A DNA stretch of 64,000 bases from Thermofilaceae archaeon (GCA_038861545.1 JAWCCZ010000001.1:320001-384000); one strand, 5' to 3'; counted from the first letter of the stretch, positions 40,423 through 50,305 are shown. Translations and numbers: made by a program. Notes: generated by a model from the letters alone, not told the origin.

Positions 40423-41160
40423 ATGCGGAAGCACGAGTCGGGTAAGGTTCAGCTACTAGCAGCAGAATCTTTGAGAGCTTTAAGAGGCTTTATGAGCGGA
40501 AAGGAGGTTCTTGGACTCCTTAAAGAAAGTGGGTTGCACTTAACACCGGTTGACCTTAGTAGGTATGTTACTGGTGCAGTTCTTCCAAGTACACAGAGGG
40601 CGCTTGAAATAATTCAACTCTTAGCTGAAAAGAATGCGTTGGGTATTGCGATTAAAAGGTCGTTGGTTGTAGACGAAAAGGGGGTAGTGAATATACCAAG
40701 AGTAGCTTATGATACGAAAATATTACGTTTAGCGGCTGCAAGAGCATATTTTGAAATCGGTAACTCGGAGATAGATAAGGTCTTAACAGCTGCGGTTAAC
40801 GGTTTACCTTTAGCTGCTTTCATAGCAGACGCGCTCGACATTGATCTTTGCGTAGCTAGACAGGAAGTGGAGCCTGGAATTGATAATTATATAGAAGCTA
40901 AGTACTTTGCACCAGATCCTCCACGCTACACACGCCTTTATCTACCTTCTTTTATGTTAGGGAACTCAGATAGAATAATTGTCGTTGATGATCTTCTTCG
41001 GACGGGAAGAACTTTAAAAGCGCTCTACGAACTCGCGTCGGCCAAAGGTGCATCTGTTGAAGCAGTCTTATCTTTAGTTGCGGTTGGAGAAGAGTGGAGA
41101 CGAGCAGTTCCTGAAGGTACTAAAGTTATAATAGGAATCGAGGTAAAAAAATCATCATAA
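40423..41160 (+). CDS. HTH plus phosphoribosyltransferase-domain regulator (PurR-like architecture)
   Basis: LSRYVTGAVLPS HTH; IIVVDDLLRTGRT PRPP-binding loop. Confidence 0.8.
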   Translation: MRKHESGKVQLLAAESLRALRGFMSGKEVLGLLKESGLHLTPVDLSRYVTGAVLPSTQRALEIIQLLAEKNALGIAIKRSLVVDEKGVVNIPRVAYDTKILRLAAARAYFEIGNSEIDKVLTAAVNGLPLAAFIADALDIDLCVARQEVEPGIDNYIEAKYFAPDPPRYTRLYLPSFMLGNSDRIIVVDDLLRTGRTLKALYELASAKGASVEAVLSLVAVGEEWRRAVPEGTKVIIGIEVKKSS

Positions 41161-41325
41161 TAATGGTTCTGTGATTTCATCACACTCATATAAGATCTTC
41201 AATATTTTTCAACCATAGTCGCTTCCTCGAAGATCAAGCCCACACGTATATCTTCATAGTTTTCTTGAATGCGTTCTCAGCCAGTTGCTTCAGAGAAAAC
41301 GACTATGGTTTTATTGTTTTCGTTT

Positions 41326-41472
41326 TCACCTAAGGAGTAACGCAAGCAAAGATGAAGATAGTAAGAGCAGTACTAGAAGTAAGACAACCCATCTCATTGC
41401 TTGTTTTTCTTGCCTTTTTCGTTCACGCTTCCTCCTTTCCATCTCAGCCCGCAGTTTATCGGAATTTGACAT
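41326..41472 (-). CDS. Small tail-anchored membrane protein (48 aa), absent from the ORF track
   Basis: MSNSDKLRAEMERRKRERKRQEKQAMRWVVLLLVLLLLSSSLLALLLR; divergent from sufS. Confidence 0.55.
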   Translation of the reverse strand: MSNSDKLRAEMERRKRERKRQEKQAMRWVVLLLVLLLLSSSLLALLLR

Positions 41473-41557
41473 ATAATCGCCTTCTCTACATGTTTAACTG
41501 GCCAGTATAACTTTTTCGCTTCCAAAAGAATATAGTTCTCTTTCAACTAAATACCGA

Positions 41558-42790
41558 GTGCTTAATCCATATGAAATTCGAAAAGATTTTCCATTACTCG
41601 AGGATCGTGGTATAATTTACCTAGATAACGCTGCTACTTCCCAGAAGCCTATTCAGGTAATAAAAGCTGTAGAAAGGTTCTACAGGGTTTACAATGCGAA
41701 CATACATAGAGGTTTACACGTATTAAGTAGAGAAGCGAGCAGGGAGTACGAGGAGGCACATGATGTGGTAGCACGTTTCATTAATGCAAAAAGTTGGAGG
41801 GAGGTTATATTTGTTAGAAATACAACTGAAGCAATAAACCTGGTAGCATATTCTTGGGCGATTGACAAGCTGAAGAGTAATGATGAAATCATAGTTACAG
41901 TGATGGAGCATCATAGTAATTTACTCCCTTGGGTAGCTGTCGCGAAAAAACTTGGTGTAAAGATCAAGATGATAGGTTTAACCAGTGATTATACGCTCGA
42001 CTATGAAACATTAAATGAGACGGTTACAGAAAGAACGCGTATAATAGCGGTCTCACATGTATCTAATGTAATCGGCACGGTAAACGATGTTAAAAACATC
42101 GCTACATTGGCACACGAAGTGGGGGCCATATGTATAGTGGACGGGGCTCAAAGCGTACCCCATATGCCTGTGAATGTAAGGGGGTTAGACTGTGACTTCT
42201 TAGCGTTTAGTGGCCATAAAATGCTTGGACCGACCGGGATAGGGGTTCTCTATGGAAAGGAGGATCTGCTCGAGGAAATGAAGCCCTTCATGTACGGTGG
42301 TGACATGGTGAAGGAAGTGAAATATTATAGCGGCGTTGTAGAACCGGTTTGGAACGATCTCCCGTGGAAGTTCGAGGCAGGGACGCCGAACATAGCTGGA
42401 GGTGTAGGGTTAGCGGAAGCTGTAAGGTACCTTGAAAAAATAGGTATGGAAAGTGTCCGAGCACATGAAGTAGAGCTTACAAATTATGCGGTGAAGAGGC
42501 TTTCTGAGATAGAGGAGTTAAAATTATTTGGACCTAGTTCCTCCGCCTACCGATGTGGTATAATTTCATTTAACTTGACCGGCTTAGATCCGCATTCACT
42601 TGCTGCGATATTAGACAACCGGAAGATAGCTGTGAGAAGCGGTTTTCATTGTGCACAACCTCTTCATGAATACCTTGGGTTGAAGGAAGGAACCGTGAGA
42701 GCCAGTTTTTACATTTACAATACAAGGGAGGAGGTGGACCTGCTCCATGAATCGCTAACTGAGGTAGCTAAAATAGTCAAAGGCGCGTAG
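41558..42790 (+). CDS. sufS: Cysteine desulfurase, SufS group
   Basis: YLDNAATSQKP, MEHHSN, SGHKMLGPTG, RSGFHCAQP. Confidence 0.95.
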   Translation: MLNPYEIRKDFPLLEDRGIIYLDNAATSQKPIQVIKAVERFYRVYNANIHRGLHVLSREASREYEEAHDVVARFINAKSWREVIFVRNTTEAINLVAYSWAIDKLKSNDEIIVTVMEHHSNLLPWVAVAKKLGVKIKMIGLTSDYTLDYETLNETVTERTRIIAVSHVSNVIGTVNDVKNIATLAHEVGAICIVDGAQSVPHMPVNVRGLDCDFLAFSGHKMLGPTGIGVLYGKEDLLEEMKPFMYGGDMVKEVKYYSGVVEPVWNDLPWKFEAGTPNIAGGVGLAEAVRYLEKIGMESVRAHEVELTNYAVKRLSEIEELKLFGPSSSAYRCGIISFNLTGLDPHSLAAILDNRKIAVRSGFHCAQPLHEYLGLKEGTVRASFYIYNTREEVDLLHESLTEVAKIVKGA

Positions 42791-42794
42791 ATCG

Positions 42795-42861
42795 CTTTGG
42801 GGTCACTCGCGAAAAGATTCTTCACGCATCATAAAGACCGTCGCTCGATCATCCCCCAAAG
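42795..42861 (-). ncRNA. Candidate C/D-box-like (kink-turn) small RNA
   Basis: 8-bp terminal stem CTTTGGGG/CCCCAAAG enclosing ATGATCG-N13-ATGA-TGC-GTGAAGA-N12-GTGA. Confidence 0.6.
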
Positions 42862-42959
42862 TAATAAGACAAGGATTTTTTAAGTGCTCTGCTTCATGCG
42901 TATTTTCGGCGAACTGTTTAATAAGGCGTGTTAATACCGTAATATAAGGAGGCGGCCCC

Positions 42960-43625
42960 ATGTACAGCTGGGGGTTAAGGACAGCTTTAGTTAATGCAAT
43001 TGCAGGGAGAATTCGCGAGGAGTTCGCGGGCATGGGTAAAACAGAGGAGGGTTTCATGTCTAAAATCGCGCTAAGCGACTTTCTTAACTATGTGGAAGTA
43101 GATCGCGGATTTATTTATGATTACTCTCCGGATGAGAGGCTGGAGTTTTACCTTGAAAGCTTGGCTGACAGGAAGCCGACTACGATAGCTACAATGCTTG
43201 AGGAATGGTTTGTTCTTTGGATATCGAAATGGAGGCAGAGGGTAAAGTTAACTATGAAAAGCGAAGTTGGAGAAGAAGAATTAATGAAGAAAATAGAGGA
43301 GAAGACAAGGGCCTATATGGGTCTACCTCTAATCGCGGAGGCTAAATTGTTTGCGCTTGGGTCGCTCGTGAAGAGCGGCGAGGTTTGTTTTACGAATCTT
43401 CTCTCCGATAGCGTGTTAAAAGGAACGCTTTACTATATAGCCTCGCGCTCGAATAGCCTCGATGAGGTAGTTAAGGTGTTGGAAAAGAACCCAGTTCTAC
43501 TTATAAGCGAGATAGTTAAGAGGGTTAGGTCAATGTCTAGGTTTAAAGGACCTTTAGTTACACTGAAGCTTGAACAAGCTCTTTTCAGCGAGGAAGGGGC
43601 TCGTTTTATGGGGTTCAAAAGCTAG
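42960..43625 (+). CDS. Hypothetical protein (start may be downstream, e.g. 43032 or 43056)
   Basis: 221-aa ORF, helical, no recognised motif. Confidence 0.7.
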   Translation: MYSWGLRTALVNAIAGRIREEFAGMGKTEEGFMSKIALSDFLNYVEVDRGFIYDYSPDERLEFYLESLADRKPTTIATMLEEWFVLWISKWRQRVKLTMKSEVGEEELMKKIEEKTRAYMGLPLIAEAKLFALGSLVKSGEVCFTNLLSDSVLKGTLYYIASRSNSLDEVVKVLEKNPVLLISEIVKRVRSMSRFKGPLVTLKLEQALFSEEGARFMGFKS

Positions 43626-43678
43626 TACCTTGAGGGACTCAATGCTTAAATTGAACCTATTGGAGCAATTCTATAGGT

Positions 43679-44167
43679 ATGGACGAAGAAGAATATAGGG
43701 AAAAATACATTGAAGCCGAGCTAGTAGGAGTTTATAGTATTATGGTCAAGTCGGCCGGTGTTGAGTACCCATATGGAGCAGTTATGCTCTTAAAAGGTAG
43801 GGAATGGGGGAATCAAGTATTACCGATATACATAGGGAAACCGGAGGCAGAGGCTATAGCTAGAGCGTTTTACGGCACGCCAGTTCAGAGACCTTTAACG
43901 CATGACCTTATAGTTTCGATTTTAGAATCTTTAGATATTAAAGTCGAAAGAATAACCATAGACGCGTTGATAAACAACGTGTATACTGCCACTATAGTTT
44001 TACTTCAGGAAGTTAACGGAAAGCTGAAGCGTCATTATATAGATGCGAGGCCTAGTGATTCAGTGGCTATAGCAATAAGGACTGGTGCGCCTATATTCCT
44101 TAGCGAACGGCTCAAGGTTTATACAGAAAGTGAGGAAAGGTTCAGCGAGGGGACAGTCGACGTATGA
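43679..44167 (+). CDS. Bifunctional nuclease family protein (DUF151/BFN)
   Basis: LPIYIGKPEA, RPLTHDL, IDARPSDSVAIA. Confidence 0.92.
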   Translation: MDEEEYREKYIEAELVGVYSIMVKSAGVEYPYGAVMLLKGREWGNQVLPIYIGKPEAEAIARAFYGTPVQRPLTHDLIVSILESLDIKVERITIDALINNVYTATIVLLQEVNGKLKRHYIDARPSDSVAIAIRTGAPIFLSERLKVYTESEERFSEGTVDV

Positions 44168-45009
44168 ACCTAAAAGAGCTAAGTAACAAACAGCTCGTTG
44201 AGGTATACATTGCACATTTATCCGCAAGGAATAGATCGCCTCGAACAATTAAAACTTTCAAAAGCTTGTTGAATATGTTCATTGAACACCTAGCCGGTAA
44301 ACATGTAAGTGGCACAACTACATGGGATGTAGACTTGTTTTTAGCTAAGCTGAAGGAAAAAGGGTATACTGAGAGGAGCATTTATACTGCCGCGGTAGCA
44401 GTTAAACGCTTTATAGAGTATTTAGGGCTTCGCGAGAATCTTAAAGGATTCGAGTTACCTAAAAGACCCTCCGAGCTGCCTCGCTACTTAACGCCAGGAG
44501 AGGTTGAAGCAATGATTAACGCGGCAAAAAATGCCCGAGATAAGCTGGTCGTATCGCTTCTGTATAGCACCGGTATGCGCGTTAGCGAATTAGTGAATGT
44601 CAAAGTATCAGACATTAATTTAGAGGAAGGAAGTATAAGGGTAAAAGGCAAAGGTAATAAAGAGCGTGTAGTATTTTTCGATAATAGAACCCGACGTCTT
44701 TTACTGGAATACTTATCTTCAGCTGAACCGGATAGCTACTTGCTTCCAGGCAGGCAAGAGGGTCATATGCATTACGTCACTGTGGAGCGTATAGTCAAGT
44801 CCTTAGCGGATGTGGCTGGGTTAAAAAAGAAAGTTACGCCTCATATTCTTAGACATAGTTTTGCTACTTTCTCCCTTTCCCGAGGTATGGACGTAAGAGA
44901 AATACAGGAGCTCTTAGGTCATGCTAGCCTTAGAACTACGCAAGTTTACACTCACATAGCTAAGGGCAGGCTACTAGAGGATTACCGGCGAGCTTGGACT
45001 CAAACGTAG
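44164..45009 (+). CDS. xerA: Tyrosine recombinase XerA
   Basis: TGMRVSE, KGKGNKER, HILRHSFAT, LGHASLRTTQVY; no mobile-element context. Confidence 0.88.
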   Translation: MNLKELSNKQLVEVYIAHLSARNRSPRTIKTFKSLLNMFIEHLAGKHVSGTTTWDVDLFLAKLKEKGYTERSIYTAAVAVKRFIEYLGLRENLKGFELPKRPSELPRYLTPGEVEAMINAAKNARDKLVVSLLYSTGMRVSELVNVKVSDINLEEGSIRVKGKGNKERVVFFDNRTRRLLLEYLSSAEPDSYLLPGRQEGHMHYVTVERIVKSLADVAGLKKKVTPHILRHSFATFSLSRGMDVREIQELLGHASLRTTQVYTHIAKGRLLEDYRRAWTQT

Positions 45010-45581
45010 CATCCACTCGGCGGAACACTTAATTCTTTCTTAAGTTTCTCAATTAGCTCGCAGCTATTTAAAAGCTCGGCACCAAGGAAGGATCTCATGT
45101 ATTCAAGTCCCCTTTCATGCCAATCTCTGCTAGCTGCTGCTACACAATCAACCGGTACGATTACGTCGTAACCTCTATAGAAGGCGCTTACAGCAGTTTG
45201 CTGAACGCAAATATGAGTGTGGATACCGGTTATTATTATGTTTTTTACTTTTAACTCTCTAAGTAATATATCTAGGTCTGTTCCGAAAAACGCGTCGTAC
45301 CGTCTCTTATATACAATATAGTCACTGTTAAACGGCTCTAACTCCCTTATCACTTTTGACTTGGGACTGCCCTTGAGAGCATGGGGACCCCATAATTCAA
45401 GCTCCTTATCTATTCCCTGATAATGTCTGTCAACAGCATATATAACCGGAATACCTCGGCTTCGAGAGAAGTCAGCCAGTTTCCTAATGTTTGGAACTAT
45501 TGCTTCAGCGGCTTCAGCTCGCAGCCTTCCTCTGACAAACTCCTCTAACATATCTATTATCAGGAGAGCGTAATTCGTCAC
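45000..45581 (-). CDS. Isochorismatase/nicotinamidase-family cysteine hydrolase
   Basis: IDMLEEF, KRRYDAF, GIHTHICV. Confidence 0.9.
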   Translation of the reverse strand: MTNYALLIIDMLEEFVRGRLRAEAAEAIVPNIRKLADFSRSRGIPVIYAVDRHYQGIDKELELWGPHALKGSPKSKVIRELEPFNSDYIVYKRRYDAFFGTDLDILLRELKVKNIIITGIHTHICVQQTAVSAFYRGYDVIVPVDCVAAASRDWHERGLEYMRSFLGAELLNSCELIEKLKKELSVPPSGCYV

Positions 45582-45768
45582 ACGTTTAGAAGTGATCTTT
45601 AAGCTATAAAAGTTTCCTATTGGAAAAAGTTTTCAAAGCTGAACAACGAGTGTACTACTACTTCTGCAACGACTTTATGTATTTCAGCAGAACTCCCAGT
45701 CAGTAGAACCTTAACGGATCGAAGTTGGTGAGGTAGGCTTTTTATTTCGAATACTAGCTATAATCTAC

Positions 45769-46320
45769 GTGTCCAAGCTCTGCATGCTATTGGCAGTATT
45801 GTCGGCTGTATTTCCACTAGCATTTATAGCATTAGCCGTCACTCTCTCGGGCTGGTTCAATATATACAACAACGCGCTAAGCGATTTGGGGCATTCAACC
45901 AGGAGTAATGTTGCCTCTATTTTCAACTTCGGCTTAAGCGTTGGCGGCTTTATGGTAGCTACTGTAGGTGAAATATGTGCACTAAAGGGCTCGAAACCTA
46001 TTGGCGTAACTCTCTTGTTTACTGGCTTTTGTCTTGTGCTGATAGCCGTTTTCGATGAAGTCTACGGGAGACTACACTTTTACGTGTCAGTGGCTTTTTT
46101 CCTCTCTATCGCTATTTTACTTTTAGAATATACTATAGTTCAGAGAAGCTTAACCCGGAGGTTGTTAAGTTTGTCAGCTCTTATTATTGCCGTGCTTTCT
46201 TGGGTATCTCATCTTATATACGGGATTCCGAGAGGGGCAGCGATACCTGAGCTAGTCTCAATAGTAGCTTCACTCCCGTTTTACTTTGACTATATAAGGT
46301 GTAGCGATACTAGCAGGTAA
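45769..46320 (+). CDS. DUF998-family membrane protein
   Basis: NALSDLG, FN, LHFYVS, AIPE. Confidence 0.8.
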   Translation: MSKLCMLLAVLSAVFPLAFIALAVTLSGWFNIYNNALSDLGHSTRSNVASIFNFGLSVGGFMVATVGEICALKGSKPIGVTLLFTGFCLVLIAVFDEVYGRLHFYVSVAFFLSIAILLLEYTIVQRSLTRRLLSLSALIIAVLSWVSHLIYGIPRGAAIPELVSIVASLPFYFDYIRCSDTSR

Positions 46321-46525
46321 TGAAGAAAATATTTCTTTTTTAACAACTAAATACATCCTTAATTTCATAAACTCCCTCAGCCGAAGGATAAATCCTGTTT
46401 ACCCTTTGGAATTCCTTTAGATTATGCTCTGCTAAAACAGTAATCCTTAGAACCATTAAGCAAAGGTTTTTCAATCAACTCTAGAGTCGAGTTTAAGTTA
46501 AAGGTTAACATGCATAGTTATATGC

Positions 46526-47209
46526 GTGGGCATACTAATAGAACGCAAGGATCTCAGGGATAAATTCCTAATTTTTGAAGAGAGGAGGGAGGCAGGTAAA
46601 ATTCTAGCCGAGTATATTAAGGACGAAGGACTAATTTTCGATACGATTTTAACTATTCCTAATGGTGGCGTAGCGGTAGGCTATAAGGTTTCTATCGAAC
46701 TGGGGATTCCTCTTTTCCTCGCGGTGGTGAGGAAAGTCACGTATCCTTGGACCACCGAGGCAGGCTTCGGCGCCATCTCATGGCTTGAAGATGTAGTAGT
46801 AGATGAAAGAAATAAAGCGGCTTTCAATGAGAGGGAATATTTGCGGTGTCTTGAAAAAGCTAAGGAAAGTGTGCAAAAAAGAGCAGAGTTGTTTAAAGCT
46901 TTTCTTCCTAAAACCCTTAACGGCTTGAAAGTTTCCATTATCGACGATGGCTTGGCCACTGGTTATACAATGGTCGCTGCTGTTAAAGCTGCTAGAAAGC
47001 TGGGTGCTAGAGAGGTTACCGCAACTGTTCCTACTTCATCGATTTCTGCAGCTTACTTCGTGCTCGAATATGTAGACTCTCTAGTAGTCCTGAATATCAG
47101 GACTTGGCTACCTTATTCTGTTGCGGATGCATACAGGAACTGGGTCGATATAACTGAAAGCGAAGTTCTAACCATGCTTAATTGCCTAAGAGAAAAGGGC
47201 CTTGCATGA
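46526..47209 (+). CDS. Phosphoribosyltransferase-family protein
   Basis: RREAG, IPNGG, VRK, IDDGLATGYT. Confidence 0.88.
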   Translation: MGILIERKDLRDKFLIFEERREAGKILAEYIKDEGLIFDTILTIPNGGVAVGYKVSIELGIPLFLAVVRKVTYPWTTEAGFGAISWLEDVVVDERNKAAFNEREYLRCLEKAKESVQKRAELFKAFLPKTLNGLKVSIIDDGLATGYTMVAAVKAARKLGAREVTATVPTSSISAAYFVLEYVDSLVVLNIRTWLPYSVADAYRNWVDITESEVLTMLNCLREKGLA

Positions 47210-47285
47210 AAAGAATTACGTAGCTACAGTTCCTTGATCTGGACTTAAGGTTCACTCGGCTTTTAAACTCTGGAAATAAATCAGA

Positions 47286-47807
47286 GTGGTGGCTAAAGTG
47301 AAGAGCATAATAATACTAGGGGTCACCACCCTTGTAGCGGTTTTAATTGGGCTAACTTTAGTGGAATTGTTACCGTTAAGCGAAGCTGGTTTAATTAAAT
47401 CATCAGGTGTAAAGCTGACTCTACCTGCTTCAGAGGATGAACCGCATATCCTACAATACTTTAACTATACTTGGAGATGGGGGTTCGGAAAAGGTTTTGC
47501 GCGAGGTTTTAGCAAAGGATTAGTTCGAATCGAAGTTAGTGATGAATTCAAATCAAATGTGGTTAAAATTATTCAAAACGACTTTGATGTTGCAAAAATG
47601 CTAGAAGAAGGTTATAATGTCACCTGTATCGAACCGATTTTAGTGGCTACGGTTACAAGTAATGGAGAGGTATCATGGAAAGCAACAAAGGCTATCGTAA
47701 CTCTAGTTAAAGATAGGGTTAGTTTTGCTGAGGTAATCGTGAATATCGAACAGGGTAAGGTAACAAAAATTGTAACAATAACTCGAAACGTAATTAAGAA
47801 GGACTAG
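47286..47807 (+). CDS. Secreted or membrane-anchored hypothetical protein
   Basis: N-terminal TM helix; Gly/aromatic linker. Confidence 0.65.
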   Translation: MVAKVKSIIILGVTTLVAVLIGLTLVELLPLSEAGLIKSSGVKLTLPASEDEPHILQYFNYTWRWGFGKGFARGFSKGLVRIEVSDEFKSNVVKIIQNDFDVAKMLEEGYNVTCIEPILVATVTSNGEVSWKATKAIVTLVKDRVSFAEVIVNIEQGKVTKIVTITRNVIKKD

Positions 47808-47920
47808 ATAATATCTTATTTTTTCTATTGTTTTTAGATTCAACTTTATCGGGAAATTCTCTTCCTTAGAGAATAAACCAGTAGCGTAGTCATTTTATAC
47901 TATTACTAATAATACCTCTG

Positions 47921-49165
47921 ATGAGTAAAGTAGCAGAGTACGCCTATGAAATAGCAGTTAAGCTGGCTTCTCAATCTAGGTTTGCAGGAAGCGAGGGGGA
48001 AAGTATAGCAAGGGAAATCGTTTATCGTGAACTGGAAAGCTTCGGTTACGAGGTTAAGCTTGAAGCTTTCTTAACTAAAGTCTATGAGGTGAAAAAAGCT
48101 GAGCTTAGAGTAATTTCGCCCGAAAGTTATGCCATCGAGTGCTCAGCTATCGGTTTTAGTGGGGAAACAGCTGAGGAGGGAGTTGAAGGTGAAATTGTAT
48201 ATATTGAGAGCGGCGATACGGCGCTCCTACCGGAAAATATAGGTTGGATAGGCCTCGCCAGCTCTAGGCCAAATAAAGATGCATGGAAGAAGCTGGTGGG
48301 CAAAGCCTCTGGGCTAATTGTCGCAGAAAATTCACCTTTCCGTGATCTGAGCAGAGTCGACATCCCTTACGAGTGGAGGGAAAGGTTCGGCAATTTACCT
48401 GCAGTCTATGTCCGTTACAGTGATGCTGTTAAACTTTTTTCCGCTAAACGTGTAATGTTAACGCTGCTCCAGGAGTACAGAGATGCGCAATTGTTTAACG
48501 TAGTGGCTGAGCTTAAAGGGACTAAGTATCCGAGTGAGGTGGTTTACGTGGTAGCGCACCTGGACAGCGAATACGGCGTTCCAGGCGCAACGGATAACGC
48601 AGCCGGCGTAGCGCTTGCATTGGCTGTTGCCCGAGAGTTGAGTAAAGAGAAACCCAAGCGGACTGTAAGGTTTGTCTTATTCAGCGGCGAGGAACTGGGG
48701 CTTCGCGGCTCTTTAGCATACGTTGAAGCACATAAAGGCGAGCTTGAGAAAACAGTGCTTGTAGTGAATCTGGACGTGCACGGCGCGGCACTGGGGACTA
48801 CTAGCGCGGTTATTACAGGGTCAAAGAGTTTACGCTACGCGTTTGAGTACGTTGCGAAAAAGCTTGGAATTAACATCAATGTAAGCGAGGACGTTATGTC
48901 AAGTGACAGCGCGAGTTTCGCCCGCCGAGGAGTGCCATCGATAAGTATTTTCCGCTCAAGCGGAACTGGGCATTTAATACATACGGTACAGGATTCCATC
49001 AGTCTCTTACACCCGAAAGGGTTTGGCTTAGTTTCTCTTTTAGCATTTGAGTTCATAAGAGAAGTAACTAACTCTGAAGAGGTGCCGTTCGAGAAAGAAA
49101 TTCCAGAAGATGTTAGAAGAAAAGTGGATGATTACTTTAGAAAAAGGCTTGGAATCTATGAGTAG
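47921..49165 (+). CDS. M28-family aminopeptidase with a PA domain
   Basis: AHLDS, GATDNAAG, GEELGLRGS, NLD, SD, HTVQD. Confidence 0.9.
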   Translation: MSKVAEYAYEIAVKLASQSRFAGSEGESIAREIVYRELESFGYEVKLEAFLTKVYEVKKAELRVISPESYAIECSAIGFSGETAEEGVEGEIVYIESGDTALLPENIGWIGLASSRPNKDAWKKLVGKASGLIVAENSPFRDLSRVDIPYEWRERFGNLPAVYVRYSDAVKLFSAKRVMLTLLQEYRDAQLFNVVAELKGTKYPSEVVYVVAHLDSEYGVPGATDNAAGVALALAVARELSKEKPKRTVRFVLFSGEELGLRGSLAYVEAHKGELEKTVLVVNLDVHGAALGTTSAVITGSKSLRYAFEYVAKKLGININVSEDVMSSDSASFARRGVPSISIFRSSGTGHLIHTVQDSISLLHPKGFGLVSLLAFEFIREVTNSEEVPFEKEIPEDVRRKVDDYFRKRLGIYE

Positions 49166-49265
49166 CCGTTAAATCATATTATGTATTTGAAGCTGAGAAT
49201 TTTTAAGCAAGCTGACCTTTACGAATACATTTATACCTTTCTTAAAAAATCAGAGATGAAGAAGT

Positions 49266-50237
49266 TCATGAATGTTTTCTGGATCTCAGAAGGAAGAACA
49301 ACAGCGCTAAAGCGCCTACTATAGCTACTGCTATATAAGCTATTAACATAAGCGGTGGACCCTGAGCACGCCTAAGTTCGGCAGCCTCCTCGATGTGCAT
49401 ATCCTTAATCAATTGTTCTTTTATTAACCCAACGTCGTAACCGGATGCTAAACGCTTCGCTGTTTCCGTCACTTTCAGGGTCGCCGCCTCTTGTTCTTCA
49501 GGAGTAGTGTAGGGTTGTATATAAGCAAGGATTCTCAGCATTTGCCCTTCACTCATCGTAAAATCAAAAAACAACCAACTTCTAAGAGCGTACACTGAAC
49601 CACCCCATTCTCTTTCGTCTTCAATTTGTGCATCCATTCCAGTCGGCCATGCGTCACCGAAAACCGCTAAAACAACACCCGTTTTCTCATCGAACGGAAC
49701 GATCCAACCTATCGTTCCTGGCTGTAAGATTATCACCCATTCTCCTGGAACGCGTTCTTCCCTTAACCGTACGTTCACAGAGCTTCCGTTAGCGAATAGC
49801 ATTGTCACGTTCATACCCTTAAAGAGACCTACAGGGATATCGTAGTCCCAAGCCATGCCTGAGAAACTGCTTTCTTGGGTTGCCGTGATGTTTAGCTCGA
49901 TCAAAACGGCGTTTAAGCCTATCCACGCTCTCTCCCACCATGAAGCTTTTGCGAATCCGCACTGAAACGCGCCATTGAATTCGCCTTCTACGTCACCCAA
50001 CCTGTACTGCAAGGCAGCCCAGTTGTTTTGATAACTGCACGCGTCTTCCCAATCCCAGGTTGGACCCCAAGTATTGAATCCTCCCGTGACAAGCACCATG
50101 TTCTCGTAACTAACGGTAACAATCCCTTTATTATTGAAGTTCAACTCGATGCTCCCATACTTATATTGTGCTAGAACTAAACACGCAGAAATCATGAGCA
50201 AGGTGAATGTCAATCCAGCGATCTTCGCTTTCAACAT
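49266..50237 (-). CDS. Surface-anchored hypothetical protein (Trp-rich beta-sandwich, possibly carbohydrate-binding)
   Basis: Signal peptide; C-terminal TM helix with a basic tail. Confidence 0.65.
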   Translation of the reverse strand: MLKAKIAGLTFTLLMISACLVLAQYKYGSIELNFNNKGIVTVSYENMVLVTGGFNTWGPTWDWEDACSYQNNWAALQYRLGDVEGEFNGAFQCGFAKASWWERAWIGLNAVLIELNITATQESSFSGMAWDYDIPVGLFKGMNVTMLFANGSSVNVRLREERVPGEWVIILQPGTIGWIVPFDEKTGVVLAVFGDAWPTGMDAQIEDEREWGGSVYALRSWLFFDFTMSEGQMLRILAYIQPYTTPEEQEAATLKVTETAKRLASGYDVGLIKEQLIKDMHIEEAAELRRAQGPPLMLIAYIAVAIVGALALLFFLLRSRKHS

Positions 50238-50305
50238 ATTGTATTAAAACGGAAGTTCGAGATAAAAAAGCTTTACATAACTCGATACCGTATCTTGTTA
50301 CACAT

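Noticed and set aside
41135-41185. Two RUGAUGA boxes on the minus strand suggesting a C/D sRNA
   Set aside because: No CUGA-like D or D' box, the second guide is poly-U, and it overlaps a gene end.
41465-41492. ATATAATCG resembling a Thermococcales dif left arm
   Set aside because: No matching inverted right arm; it coincides with the start of the 48-aa ORF.
44164-45009. Tyrosine recombinase as the integrase of a provirus or island
   Set aside because: XerA-like size and motifs, housekeeping neighbours, no tRNA/att site or viral genes.
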